This document shows positions 8,561 to 18,994 of a stretch of 64,000 nt of DNA, one piece after another. Source of the stretch: Planctomycetota bacterium. GTDB lineage: Bacteria > Planctomycetota > GCA-002687715 > CAIWVZ01. Numbering within the stretch: the stretch's first letter is position 1; each line of letters opens with the position of its first letter. The translations under genes were made by a program, and so were the position numbers. The notes under the pieces are model-generated. The model searched no databases and was not told where the DNA came from. It saw nothing but the letters and a program-made list of their open reading frames with translations. Location of the stretch: NCBI GenBank assembly GCA_044222185.1, contig JBGANV010000002.1, forward strand, positions 256,001-320,000, written 5' to 3'.

Positions 8561-10678
8561 ATGAGGCTTCGCCTTCCCGTTCGCTCATTGGCAATCGCAA
8601 TGCTCTCGGCGTCCTTGATGTTCGCGCAGACCGGCACGGGGCCTGACGTCATCGTCGGCGATCTCACGGGCCCGCAGGCCTTCGGTGTTTCCGGCGGCAT
8701 CGCGGCCTACTCGGTCGGTACCGATTCCTGCAACAACGGCACGCAAGTCGTCCAATGGCAGGGCGGCAACAACCTGCACCCGGTCATCGGACAAAACCTC
8801 TACCGCCTGAAAGGCGGACATTTCGAGCAGATCGGCATGTCGTGGCTCAAACATGGGTTCACGGCTCTCGCCAACAGCCTCTGCTTCCCATGCCAGAACC
8901 CGGGCACGGGCGCGTTGCTGGGCGTCGGTTGCTCAGATCCGTATGGCTCGGGCCTCAACGGCACCCAGTCGAATCTGGGACCCCGCAGCGAGGTGAACGC
9001 CGCGACGGGCGTGTTCCTCTTCCCGTTCGGCGGTGCGGCCGGGTATGACGCGACGATCGGTCGGCGTCTCCAGGCGGCGGTCGTCGACGTCGATCCCACC
9101 CAGAACGCGGGCGCGGTCTACGCCTTCGAAGCCCAGTACGTCACGCAGGACGACGCGCTCGCCGGCAACAAGAACAACAACTGCTCCTACCGTCGGGCCA
9201 CCTTCAACAACAACGCGACGTTCAGCTCGAGCTTCGCGGCGTCGACCGTGCGCATGCAGTCCGCCCTGTACTTCTGGAAGGCGATCGACCCCGCGGTGAC
9301 GATCCAGAACGTGGACATCCCGGGCGATGGCCGGTTCGAAGTCGCGTACAAGGTCGCTCCGGCCGGCGCAGGCATCTATCACTACGAATTCACCGTCCAC
9401 AACCTCAGCTCGGACCTCTCGGGCCAGGCGTTCCAGGTGAACTTCGCGGCGCCGACGTCGATCACCAGCCCCTACTTCCACGACGTCAACTACCACTCGG
9501 GCGAGCCCTACGACGGGACCGACTGGTCGACGACCACGACGCCGACCTCGATCAAGTGGGAGACGGCTCTGTGGTGCGCGAACCCCAACGCCAACGCGCT
9601 CCGCTGGGGCACGTCGTACACGTTCGCGTTCAACGCCTCCTCGGCGACATTCAGCGGCTACACCATCACGCCGTTCAAGCCCACCGCATCGTGCCCGGCG
9701 CAGCCCACGATCCCGCAGGTCGGGTCGTACTCGGTCAACACGAACGCTCCGTACACGTTCACGGACATCTCGGCGACCGGCACCGCCGGCCCCGTCGGCG
9801 ACGACGTCTCCTCGACCGTGACGCTCGGCTTCACGTTCCCGTTCTTCGGTGGATCGCTGACCCAGGTCAAGGTCTCGACGAATGGTTACCTGTGCCAGAC
9901 GAGCTCGAGCGGCACCGTGTTCAACCCGACGACGTTCCCGAACACCTCGGAGCCGAACGGCATGATCGCCGGCCTTTGGGGTGACCTCCTCCCGAACTCG
10001 GCCGCGAACGGAACCGTTCGCTATTCGACGACCGGCTCGGCCCCGAATCGGCAGTTCATCGCTCAGTGGACCAACGTGGCTCACTTCTCGAACACGGCGC
10101 TTCGCGACACCTTCCAGGTGGTCCTGAAGGAGAACGGCGAGATCCTGAACACGATGGTGTCCACGAACAGCGGGTCCTCCGGATTCACGCGCGGCGTCGA
10201 GAACTCGACGGGAACCGCCGGCATCAGCTCGACCGGACCGTACACGGGTGGAACGACCTGGTCGTACAACTACTCGACGACGGTTCTTCCGTCGGCGGAC
10301 ACCTACGTCCTCGGCAGTGGCGCGCCAAACACGAACCTCACGGTTCGCATCGTCAGCACGGCTCGCCAGGCGCCGGTGATTCTCATCGCCGACACGAACC
10401 CGGGCCCGACGTCGCTCGGCGCTCTCGGCAACCTGCCGATCGGTTTCGTCAGCCCGCTGGTCCTCGCGGACGGCGCTGGCGTGTTCGCTCCCGCCGACCC
10501 GGCGGCTCGCACGAACTGCGAGTGCGGCGTGTTCGACTGGACGTTCAACACCGGACCGGCGGGACTCCCGCCGGGATTGACGGTCTACTTCGGCGCCGTC
10601 GTGATCTTCAACGGTTCCGGCCCCACGCCACCGAACGGTCAGTTCCACATCGCACAGCAGGGCGTGCTGAACACGTGA
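8561..10678 (+). CDS. Secreted planctomycete-type protein: Cys-containing N-terminal domain, nidogen-like domain and C-terminal beta domain
   Basis: AAGGAG RBS and signal peptide. 'GPDVIVGDL', 'HPVIGQNLYR' and 'SWLKHGF' in the N-domain; 'LGFTFPFFG...VSTNGYL...IAGLWGDL' is nidogen-like. Confidence 0.75.
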   Translation: MRLRLPVRSLAIAMLSASLMFAQTGTGPDVIVGDLTGPQAFGVSGGIAAYSVGTDSCNNGTQVVQWQGGNNLHPVIGQNLYRLKGGHFEQIGMSWLKHGFTALANSLCFPCQNPGTGALLGVGCSDPYGSGLNGTQSNLGPRSEVNAATGVFLFPFGGAAGYDATIGRRLQAAVVDVDPTQNAGAVYAFEAQYVTQDDALAGNKNNNCSYRRATFNNNATFSSSFAASTVRMQSALYFWKAIDPAVTIQNVDIPGDGRFEVAYKVAPAGAGIYHYEFTVHNLSSDLSGQAFQVNFAAPTSITSPYFHDVNYHSGEPYDGTDWSTTTTPTSIKWETALWCANPNANALRWGTSYTFAFNASSATFSGYTITPFKPTASCPAQPTIPQVGSYSVNTNAPYTFTDISATGTAGPVGDDVSSTVTLGFTFPFFGGSLTQVKVSTNGYLCQTSSSGTVFNPTTFPNTSEPNGMIAGLWGDLLPNSAANGTVRYSTTGSAPNRQFIAQWTNVAHFSNTALRDTFQVVLKENGEILNTMVSTNSGSSGFTRGVENSTGTAGISSTGPYTGGTTWSYNYSTTVLPSADTYVLGSGAPNTNLTVRIVSTARQAPVILIADTNPGPTSLGALGNLPIGFVSPLVLADGAGVFAPADPAARTNCECGVFDWTFNTGPAGLPPGLTVYFGAVVIFNGSGPTPPNGQFHIAQQGVLNT

Positions 10679-10853
10679 TCGTCGGGCAGCGGTCGCCGCG
10701 GCGAACGTGCGCCGCGCGACCGCAGCGATCGTGCGGATTCGCCGCCACGCGATGATCTCGTGCCGCGACGCCATCCGTAGCCGTTGAACCGCGCGAGACG
10801 CGCGGCGGTCCGGCCGGGCCCCGCCGAGACGACGGTGGCCCGGCGCTCCCGCG

Positions 10854-12758
10854 CTATGGAAGGCCGAGGAGTTTGTCGACCGTCTGCTGCGAGATCGGGT
10901 GATAGCCCGGCCGCGCCTTGGAGTAGATCCGTCGCGCCATCGCGAGCCCATCGGGCGTCTTCACCAACTCGGTGTAGAGCGGCTTGAGGAACTTCCGCCG
11001 GCCGATCGAGATCAGGAACTCTTCCAGACGAGGGTACGCGGCTTCGTAGCGCGCGCGAATCGCGCATTGCAGCCAGCTCGCGGCCACCTCGGCGTTTCCG
11101 CGGCTCGTGAACCCGAGCGCACGGTCGAGTTCGGCGAGGCGCGACGCGTCCAGAGTCTCCGGCAGCTTCTCGAGGAAATGCAGCCACTCGGCGGTATTCC
11201 AGGCTTTCGTGTCGAGCTCCGCCGCGGCGCGGCGGCCTGCGATGAAGTCGGCGGCGGCCGTCGCCGGCGCGGCGAAGACTCCCTCATCGAACGCCGGGAC
11301 GTTCGGCGGGAGCAGCTCGTCGTAGAGCCACTCTCGAACGCGGATCGATGCCATCGCGGCTGCATCACCGCCGAACAACCGCTCGGTGAGGAATCGCTCG
11401 AACTGAGGCGTCGTGACGGATTGGAACGCGTGCTCGTCGAACCAGCTTCGCAGGAACGCATCGAATCGCTCCCGCCCGACCGTCCGCTCGAGCATCGTGA
11501 GGAAGAGCGCGCCCTTCTCGTAGGCGACGTCCGTCATGCCGTCGTCAGGGTCGCGTCCCTCGAGGTCGATGTAGAGCCGCGTGTCCTTCGGCTGGCCTTT
11601 CAGTTCCTCGAACGTCGACTGCAAGCTGCTCTTGCCCAGGATCGACTCCTGCGTCGCCGTTCGCGTGCCATACACGCGCTCGACGATTCGACGTTCGAGG
11701 TAGACGGTGAACCCCTCGTTCAGCCAGAAGTCGCGCCACGTCGCGTTCGTCACCAGGTTGCCGGACCAGGAGTGAGCGAGCTCGTGCGCGATCACGTTGA
11801 CGAGCGAGCGGTCTCCGGCGAGCAACGTCGGCGTGGCGAACGTCATCATGGGGTTCTCCATGCCGCCGAACGGGAAACTCGGTGGAAGCACCAACACGTC
11901 GTACCGATGCCACCGATACGCGCCGAACATGCTCTCGACGGCCTCGAGCATCTTCTCGAGGTCGGCGAACTCGCTGGCGGCGCTCGCGACGACCTGGGGC
12001 TCGGACCAGACGCCCGTTCGATCGCCGATGGAGAGGAACTTCAAGTTCCCCGCAGCGACGGCAATGAGGTAGGGCGGGATCGGGATGGGCATGGCGAAGC
12101 GGAATACGCCCGGCTCGTCGGAGCGTGATCGGTTCTCGGCCGACATCACGACCGTCGTCCCGACCGGCACGCGAACGACCGCGTCATAGGTGATCCGAAG
12201 CCCCGGCGAGTCCTGACACGGGATGAAACTCCGCGCGTTGATCGCCTGTGCCTGGGAGAAGAGGTACGGCCCGGTCTTCGACGCCGTCTGTTCGGGTGCA
12301 AGCCACTGCAGTCCCGAGGCCCCGTCGCCCGTGCGGTAGCGGATGCGCACCGCCGTCGTCTCCGCCGTGACGTCCACGATCAACGGCGTCCCCAAGTTGG
12401 CGTCGACGGTGCCGAACCGGAACGCGACCGGCCGTGGCCCGGCGGGCAAGATCAACTCGGCGGCCTCGACCGCGAGCCCCCGCGTATCGAGGATCAATCG
12501 GCCCGCCTTCACGGGAGCCGAGAGCGTCAACGTCGCCGTCCCGGCGATCGCCTTGCGTTCGAAATCGATGGTCCAATCCAGGGACACGTGGCTCGTGCGC
12601 ACGTCCTGGGGCCGGGCGAACGTGTGCACGTCCGTGAACGGCTCCTGCTCAACCCTCGAGCTCATCGGCGACTCCTTCGGGACACTGCATGAGACCGCCA
12701 GGCCGAGGGCGAGAGCGGTCAGGAGGATGGATCGTGCGATATCGGTGCCTTGGATCAT
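10854..12758 (-). CDS. M1-family aminopeptidase (leukotriene A4 hydrolase-like), probable lipoprotein
   Basis: GGMEN exopeptidase motif, HELAH-x18-E zinc motif and 'AYEKG'; lipobox-like 'LAVSC'. The real start is about 12758, not 14510. Confidence 0.93.
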   Translation of the reverse strand: MIQGTDIARSILLTALALGLAVSCSVPKESPMSSRVEQEPFTDVHTFARPQDVRTSHVSLDWTIDFERKAIAGTATLTLSAPVKAGRLILDTRGLAVEAAELILPAGPRPVAFRFGTVDANLGTPLIVDVTAETTAVRIRYRTGDGASGLQWLAPEQTASKTGPYLFSQAQAINARSFIPCQDSPGLRITYDAVVRVPVGTTVVMSAENRSRSDEPGVFRFAMPIPIPPYLIAVAAGNLKFLSIGDRTGVWSEPQVVASAASEFADLEKMLEAVESMFGAYRWHRYDVLVLPPSFPFGGMENPMMTFATPTLLAGDRSLVNVIAHELAHSWSGNLVTNATWRDFWLNEGFTVYLERRIVERVYGTRTATQESILGKSSLQSTFEELKGQPKDTRLYIDLEGRDPDDGMTDVAYEKGALFLTMLERTVGRERFDAFLRSWFDEHAFQSVTTPQFERFLTERLFGGDAAAMASIRVREWLYDELLPPNVPAFDEGVFAAPATAAADFIAGRRAAAELDTKAWNTAEWLHFLEKLPETLDASRLAELDRALGFTSRGNAEVAASWLQCAIRARYEAAYPRLEEFLISIGRRKFLKPLYTELVKTPDGLAMARRIYSKARPGYHPISQQTVDKLLGLP

Positions 12759-12860
12759 GGCGGGAATGCTACCCAAATGCGCTCGCAGGCCAGGCTGCCC
12801 CACGGTCGCTTTGCGCCTGTACAATGCCCGGCCCGCCCCGCGGAACCATCGCTCACCACC

Positions 12861-13328
12861 ATGCTGAACCCAGAGTTGTTCGGAGACCTCCATCGCACGC
12901 GAACGATGGTCCGCATCATCGGTGCAGCCATGGCACTGAGTGCCGGAGTGTTCGCATTCGTTGTCGACGCCGCGATCGCACACGCGACGCCGACCGCGCC
13001 GCCACCTCAGGACGACCTGCTCAAGAACCCATGGCTCGGCGTCTGCGTCGCTCTCGCGCTGATGGGAAACCTGGTCGGCGCGCGCGTGCACGCGATCCAC
13101 GGTTCGATGGCGTATCGAACGGAGAAGTCGGCGCGCATCGTTCTCGTCACGCTCGGCATGTGCGAGGCCGCCACGCTGATCGGGCTCGTGCACGTGATGC
13201 TGTCCGGGAGCTGGGACGTGAAGCTCGCGCCGATCATCGGGGCCGTCGCCTTCATCCTTGCGTTCCTCCGGAGCGAAGTCGTGTTTCGGCACCTCATCCG
13301 AAGCGATGTGGGCCCCGCGGAGCTTTGA
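12861..13328 (+). CDS. Small 4-TM membrane protein upstream of the ECF/kinase pair
   Basis: Four hydrophobic helices including 'GMCEAATLIGLV'; ends 6 bp before the ECF gene. Confidence 0.6.
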   Translation: MLNPELFGDLHRTRTMVRIIGAAMALSAGVFAFVVDAAIAHATPTAPPPQDDLLKNPWLGVCVALALMGNLVGARVHAIHGSMAYRTEKSARIVLVTLGMCEAATLIGLVHVMLSGSWDVKLAPIIGAVAFILAFLRSEVVFRHLIRSDVGPAEL

Positions 13329-13334
13329 CCCACC

Positions 13335-13904
13335 ATGCCATCCCGCCACCCTGACGTCGGGCGCGATGAAACGATCGCTCCCGGAGCCTCCGGAATGACG
13401 ACGAGCGCGGCGAAGTTCCTCCCGCTCATCTACGACACGCTCGCGAGCCTCGCGACGAACATGTTGAAGCAGCAACCGCCTGACTTCACACCGCGCCCCA
13501 CGGACCTCGTTCACCAGGCGTTGTTGAAGGTCTGCCAGGTCGGCGGTGTCGACTTCCAGAGTGACAAGCACCTCTACTGCGTTGCGGCCCGGGCGGTCAG
13601 ACAAGTGCTGATCGATCATGCGCGGCGCCGTCAGCGCCAGCGCGGAGTCCTCGCCATGCGCGTCGAGTTCGACCAGATCGACAACCTCGCCATGCGCCGC
13701 TCGGTGGACCTGCTCCAGTTCTCCGGGCTCCTGGACGAGCTGGCGCGCATCGATCCTCGTCGCGCCGACTCGGTCGAGCTCCGGTACTTCGGAGGCTTGC
13801 AGGTCGAGGAGATCGCCCGCCTTCAGGGCGTCTCCAAGTCGACCGTCGAGCGCAACCTGCGAGCCGGCGTCGCCTGGCTCAAGCTCGGTATGCGCGATGA
13901 CTGA
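13335..13904 (+). CDS. ECF sigma factor, kinase-associated type (ECF43/TIGR02999-like)
   Basis: 'LPLIYDTL', 'PTDLVHQALL', 'AARAVRQVLIDHAR' and 'VELRYFGGL..EEIA...VS.STVER'. Confidence 0.88.
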   Translation: MPSRHPDVGRDETIAPGASGMTTSAAKFLPLIYDTLASLATNMLKQQPPDFTPRPTDLVHQALLKVCQVGGVDFQSDKHLYCVAARAVRQVLIDHARRRQRQRGVLAMRVEFDQIDNLAMRRSVDLLQFSGLLDELARIDPRRADSVELRYFGGLQVEEIARLQGVSKSTVERNLRAGVAWLKLGMRDD

Positions 13905-16626
13905 CCTGACGGGCGAGCCGGCGGACGCGGTCCGAGAGATCTCCGCGCCGAGTGCTGCCGACGCACGGGTCCAACGGGCGCTGAACATCTTCGACGCGGT
14001 CTGCGATTTCGGTGCCGCGGAACGTGAGGCTGCCATCGCCGACGCCTGCGGAACCGACGCCGGCCTGGAACGACTCGTCCGCGACCTGATCGAAAACGAC
14101 GCCGATCCGGCGGACCCGCTGGCAGCCCTCCGCGCGATCATGCCGACTCCCCCGCCCGAGGCGAGTCTGCTGAACGCGTTCCCGACCATACCGGGCTTCG
14201 TGATCCTGCGCCGCGTCGGTGTCGGTGGGATGGGCTGCGTGTACGAGGCGCGACAGTTCACTCCGCCGCGTCGCGTCGCCATCAAGACACTGCGGGCGGG
14301 GATGCTCACCGCCGACACGTTGCGACGGTTCCACCTGGAGGCGGCCGCGCTCGCACGCCTGGACCACCCCTCGATCGCACGACTGTTCGAGGTCGGCTCC
14401 GTCGAGATGGCCGAGGGGACCCAACCGTTCCTCGTCATGGAGATGGTCGACGGCCAGCCCCTCGGCACATGGCTGAGCGCGGCCGGACCCGACCGACGCG
14501 CTCGGCTCACTCTCTTCGGCTGCGTCTGTCAGGCGGTGCAGATCGCCCACAACAAGGGCTTCATCCACCGTGACATCAAGCCCAGCAACATCCTCGTGGA
14601 CGAGACCGGGGCGCCCCATCTCATCGACTTCGGCCTCGCCGTCGCGCTCACGCCGGATGCCCTCGGTCCGATCGGCGTGACGAACCACGCGCCGGCCCTC
14701 GGCTCGTTTCCCTATGCGAGTCCCGAGCAGGTCGAGGGCTCCGTCGACGCGGACACGAGGTCCGACGTGTACTCACTCGGCGTCGTGTTGTTCGAGATGC
14801 TCGTCGATCGCACGCCATTCGACCTCGGCGGACGCGGCCTCCTCGGCGCGCTCGAATTCATGCGGTCAGCGGAGGCTCCCAGGCTCGACGCCATCGATCC
14901 CACGTGCGACGCCGACCTCTGCGCCATCGCGCAGAAGGCGCTCGAGCGTCAACCGGGCGATCGCTATCAGTCACCGCTCGCTCTCGCGGAGGACGTCACG
15001 CGATACCTGGCGGGCGAACCCGTGCTCGCGCGACCGCCGGAGTGGCGCGACGCCCTGCAGAAGTACCTGCGGCGCAACCGCCGGCGCGTGGTCCGCGTCG
15101 CAGCCGCCGCCGTCGTCGCCGCGTTGGGCATCGTCGTCGTGATCGTGCTCGCCGTCATCGCGATCCAATCCCGTTCGGTGGAGGCGGCGCTCACGGCCGT
15201 GATGGGCAGCGAGGTCGATGAGCACCTCACCGACGCCATGTCGAGCGCCGACGAAGCCGTGCCCGCTCCCGAGCGAGCGCGGATCTACGCAGCCGAGATC
15301 AAACGGGTCGACGCATGCCTTGCGAGCGTGCCTCACCTCGGCGGATTCCGACGACGACGCGCGCGCCTGCTCAGCGAACTGGGGGCCGCACACCTCGAAT
15401 GCGGAAACACCATGGCGGCGAACGAGAACCAGATGGCGGCGCGGGTCGCCGTCCGGCAGATCCTCGCCGACCGTCCGCACGATCGTGCCATACAGCGGCT
15501 CGACGCCCTGATCACCATCCGCCTCGGCGACCTCCAGAAGGACGTGAACCCGCTGCTCGCCGAGCCCTTCTACCGCGAGGCGATGAACGTCCACCGATCC
15601 CTCCTCAGTGAAGCGCCCGGTGACGACGAGATTCGCGATGACCTTTCGTGGAGCTACGAGCGACTCGGTGACCTGGAGCTCACGGCGGGCGACCTCCGCG
15701 CCGTCGACGCGCTGTGGAGAGAACGCGAACGCCTGGTCGATGACCTCCTCGCTCGGCGTCCAAACGACGCGAACACGCTCCGAGCGAAGCACTACGCGTT
15801 GGCCGAGCGCGCCCACATCGACGAAGTCCTGTTCGATCTCGAGGCGGCGCGCGCGCACAGGTTGGAGAGCCTGGACTACGCCCGCGCCGCGCTCGCTGCC
15901 ATGCCGCGCAGCCCGTTATGTCGCATGGCGTACCAGGGCGCCGTCGCGGCGACGATCCAATCGTCCGACGACCGCAGCAAGGAGTCGACGGCGACGGTCC
16001 TGGCGCGGATGCACGACAACGTCGCATCCATCGCGGCCAACGCCGAACTCGACCCCGCGAACTACCGCCAGCGGGAGCGGTTGTGCAGCGCAATCCACGG
16101 ACTCGGGAATCTCCTCGACGAGCACGGCGAACGAGCGGCGGCAGCCTACTGGTTCGAGTACACCATCGCCTTCGGGGAGGCGATCGCGTCCCGGTTCCCA
16201 CAAGCGGTCGAGGCGAGCGCGTTGATCGACCAGTCCCACCACCAACTCGCGATCGGGCTTCGGAATCTCGGCCGGCGCGCCGAAGCCGACCTTCACGCAG
16301 CACTGGCGCGGGCATCACACGTGGGGCCCCGTCGCCCGGCCGATCCCCCATCGGCATGGCTCCTTTGCAGCGAGTGCCAGATGTCGACGGCCCCGTCGAA
16401 TCCGGGCCTCGCTCCGATCTTCGTCGATCAACTGCGCCGCGCCCGCCGGATCTATCCGCGGAACTACGCGCTCGCGCGGCAGCTCGCGGAGCTGCTCGAG
16501 TCCATTCACGACCTTCCCGCCGCGGCGGACGCGTGGCGCGATGCCATCGTCACCCTGCCCGACCGCCCCACCCCGCGCCGTGCCGAATACGAACGGCACC
16601 TGCGGCGATGCCTGGGTGAGCCCTAG
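13897..16626 (+). CDS. Hanks-type Ser/Thr protein kinase with TM helix and TPR-like C-terminus
   Basis: GVGGMG, VAIK, HRDIKPSN, DFG and 'YASPEQ'. The start overlaps the sigma factor stop codon. Confidence 0.92.
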   Translation: MTDLTGEPADAVREISAPSAADARVQRALNIFDAVCDFGAAEREAAIADACGTDAGLERLVRDLIENDADPADPLAALRAIMPTPPPEASLLNAFPTIPGFVILRRVGVGGMGCVYEARQFTPPRRVAIKTLRAGMLTADTLRRFHLEAAALARLDHPSIARLFEVGSVEMAEGTQPFLVMEMVDGQPLGTWLSAAGPDRRARLTLFGCVCQAVQIAHNKGFIHRDIKPSNILVDETGAPHLIDFGLAVALTPDALGPIGVTNHAPALGSFPYASPEQVEGSVDADTRSDVYSLGVVLFEMLVDRTPFDLGGRGLLGALEFMRSAEAPRLDAIDPTCDADLCAIAQKALERQPGDRYQSPLALAEDVTRYLAGEPVLARPPEWRDALQKYLRRNRRRVVRVAAAAVVAALGIVVVIVLAVIAIQSRSVEAALTAVMGSEVDEHLTDAMSSADEAVPAPERARIYAAEIKRVDACLASVPHLGGFRRRRARLLSELGAAHLECGNTMAANENQMAARVAVRQILADRPHDRAIQRLDALITIRLGDLQKDVNPLLAEPFYREAMNVHRSLLSEAPGDDEIRDDLSWSYERLGDLELTAGDLRAVDALWRERERLVDDLLARRPNDANTLRAKHYALAERAHIDEVLFDLEAARAHRLESLDYARAALAAMPRSPLCRMAYQGAVAATIQSSDDRSKESTATVLARMHDNVASIAANAELDPANYRQRERLCSAIHGLGNLLDEHGERAAAAYWFEYTIAFGEAIASRFPQAVEASALIDQSHHQLAIGLRNLGRRAEADLHAALARASHVGPRRPADPPSAWLLCSECQMSTAPSNPGLAPIFVDQLRRARRIYPRNYALARQLAELLESIHDLPAAADAWRDAIVTLPDRPTPRRAEYERHLRRCLGEP

Positions 16627-16683
16627 GCCCGAGGACGTGGGCGGCCGCGAGCGCGACGCATCGCCCGGTCCAGCTGCGCGGCG

Positions 16684-17913
16684 TCACATCCCCGATGAGC
16701 CAGTTCGATCGGCGTTCGTGTCGGAACCGGCGGCTGATTCCCGCACGAGTTGATAGGCGTCGCGGAACGGCAGGCCCTTTTCCACGACGAGGCGATAGGC
16801 CTTCTCGGCGGCATGAAGCGAGGGATCGATGGCCGCGCGCGTCTTCTCCGGAACGAACGAAATGCCCGCGACGGCATGGGCGAGGAGGCGCGCCGTGTCG
16901 CGAACGGCGTCGAGTCCACGGAACAGCGGCGCTTTGATCAGCTGGTAGTCGCGGTGGTAGCCAGACGTCATCTTCGTGGTGATCTGCATCACCTCGAACA
17001 AGGCCGTGACGGCGACGGCCGTACGTCCTCGGGCCAGTTCGAAGAGATCCGGGTTGCGCTTCTGGGGAAGCATCGACGACCCGGTCGTGAAAGCGTGCGG
17101 GAGCTTCACGAACCCGAACTCGGACGTGTTGAACAAACAGAGGTCCGCCGAAAGACGTCCCAGGTCCTGGCCCAACAGGGCGGCTTCGAACAATGCGGAC
17201 GCCTCCGCCTTCCCACGGGACAGCTGCACGGCCGTGACGGGCTCGTGAACCTCGGCGAACCCGAGCGTGCGAGCGGTCATCTGGCGGTCGAGGGTCAGCA
17301 CGGGAACGCCGTAACCCGCCGCCGATCCCAGCGGGTTCTTGTCGGCGCGGCGTGCGGCGAGCGCCAGCCCGGCCGCATCGTCCCGGATCTCCGACGCGAA
17401 ACCCCCGGCCCACAGTGCGACCGTCGACGGCATGGCGCGCTGCATGTGCGTGTATCCAGGCAGCGCCACGGCCCCCTGCCGCACGACCAGTCCGTCCAGC
17501 GCTGCGGCGACGTCGTTCGCCTCGCGGGCGAGCTCCGCGAGCGCCGCCTTCAGGAACAGGCGCACGGCCGCAAGGACCTGGTCGTTCCGCGATCGACCGA
17601 GGTGGATGCGGCGACCAGCTTCGCCGACCGCGGCGACGAGCCGATTCTCGAGCGCCGTGTGGCAGTCCTCGTCGGAAAGCGTGACGTGCCACTCGCCGCG
17701 TGCGTGCGATGCGGCGATGTCCGCGAGTGCACGGCTCAGTTTCTCGAGGTCCTCCGCGCTCAAGTACCCGGCCGCATTCAGCATGTCCGCGTGCGCGGCC
17801 GAAGCCTCGGCATCGAACGACACCAGTCGCTCATCGAGAACGTGATCCTCGCCCGCGGTGTACCGCAGGACGAGATCGTCGAGAGCCTCACCGCGATCCC
17901 AGAGCCGCGTCAT
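16684..17913 (-). CDS. argH: Argininosuccinate lyase
   Basis: 'EDCHTALE', 'GRSRNDQV', 'PGYTHMQRA' and the signature 'TGSSMLPQKRNPD'. Confidence 0.95.
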   Translation of the reverse strand: MTRLWDRGEALDDLVLRYTAGEDHVLDERLVSFDAEASAAHADMLNAAGYLSAEDLEKLSRALADIAASHARGEWHVTLSDEDCHTALENRLVAAVGEAGRRIHLGRSRNDQVLAAVRLFLKAALAELAREANDVAAALDGLVVRQGAVALPGYTHMQRAMPSTVALWAGGFASEIRDDAAGLALAARRADKNPLGSAAGYGVPVLTLDRQMTARTLGFAEVHEPVTAVQLSRGKAEASALFEAALLGQDLGRLSADLCLFNTSEFGFVKLPHAFTTGSSMLPQKRNPDLFELARGRTAVAVTALFEVMQITTKMTSGYHRDYQLIKAPLFRGLDAVRDTARLLAHAVAGISFVPEKTRAAIDPSLHAAEKAYRLVVEKGLPFRDAYQLVRESAAGSDTNADRTGSSGM

Positions 17914-18994
17914 CGCTTCGCTCCTGTCTCGCGAACTCGAGCGCGAGATGTTCATAGAAATGCGCACCCTCGATGATCTCCGATTCGAGGACGAATTCGT
18001 CGGGCGTGTGCGAACGCTCCGTCCTTCCCGGTCCGACCTTGATCGTGGGGATGCCTCGGAAGAACACCATGTCCGACAGCGTCCGCGATCCGAAAGTCTC
18101 GGATTCGGGGCGCGCGCGCCGCGCTGCCTGCACGAGGGGATGATCGGGACGGATCTCGCACGGCTTCAGCCGATCGGAGATCACGCGCACCTCCGCCGAA
18201 GTCGCCTGGCGCAGCCGTTGCACGAGAACCTCGTGCCCGGGCTCGGGATTGGTGCGGACGTCGAACACGCACGTGGCCTCGGCCGGGACCGTGTTGCGAG
18301 CCGATCCCGCGGCGAGGACCGTCGGCTCCGCCGTGACGTCACCGAGCATCTCGTGCGCCGAGCCCCAGTCGACGTCGTGGGTGCCGACGATGTCCGCGGC
18401 GAGGCGGCGGATCGGATTCTCGATCCCCAGCGTGCGCGCATTCGCGGCGTGACAGGCCTTCCCCGACCGCTTCAGCTCGACGATCAGGAGGCCCTTCTGC
18501 GCCACGGCGACGTCGAGCGCCGTCGGCTCTCCCACGACGGCCGCCGCCGGCGCGAGACCGCGATTGCGCAGCTCCGGCACGAGCATTTCGGCGCCCTTTC
18601 CCCCGGTCTCCTCCTCGCACGTCAACGCGAGCATCAACCGCACGTCGAGCGAGGCCTGGCGTTGCTGCAGTCGCAGGAACGCGGCGGTCATGGCGGCGAC
18701 CGAGGCCTTCGCGTCGTTGCTCCCCAGCCCGAAGACCTTGCCGTCTTCGGCGCGGACGTCGTAGGGATCACGTGTCCATGCGGGGGTCGGCGGCACGGTA
18801 TCGAGGTGACTGTTCATGCAGAGGATCGGCCCGCGGCCGATCATGGCGAAGACGTTGTCACCGACCCGGTGAACGTCGACCCCGCGCTCGCCGAGCCATC
18901 CCTGCACGAAATCGCAGATCGCGCGCTCCTGGTGAGAGACCGAGGGCGTCCTCACCAGCGCTCGATGGAATGCCAGAAGCTCCGCGTCGTTCAT
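17888..18994 (-). CDS. argE: M20 N-acyl-ornithine/N-acyl-citrulline deacylase (ArgE/ArgE')
   Basis: 'NSHLDTV', 'GLGSNDAK', 'CEEE', 'VGEPT' and 'GPGRTERSHTPDE'; lies inside the arg operon. Confidence 0.85.
   Translation of the reverse strand: MNDAELLAFHRALVRTPSVSHQERAICDFVQGWLGERGVDVHRVGDNVFAMIGRGPILCMNSHLDTVPPTPAWTRDPYDVRAEDGKVFGLGSNDAKASVAAMTAAFLRLQQRQASLDVRLMLALTCEEETGGKGAEMLVPELRNRGLAPAAAVVGEPTALDVAVAQKGLLIVELKRSGKACHAANARTLGIENPIRRLAADIVGTHDVDWGSAHEMLGDVTAEPTVLAAGSARNTVPAEATCVFDVRTNPEPGHEVLVQRLRQATSAEVRVISDRLKPCEIRPDHPLVQAARRARPESETFGSRTLSDMVFFRGIPTIKVGPGRTERSHTPDEFVLESEIIEGAHFYEHLALEFARQERSDDAALGSR

Noticed and set aside
12759-14510. 1218-aa ORF suggesting an N-terminally extended M1 peptidase
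   Set aside because: The extension is the antisense shadow of the membrane protein, ECF and kinase genes. A lipoprotein signal starts at 12758.
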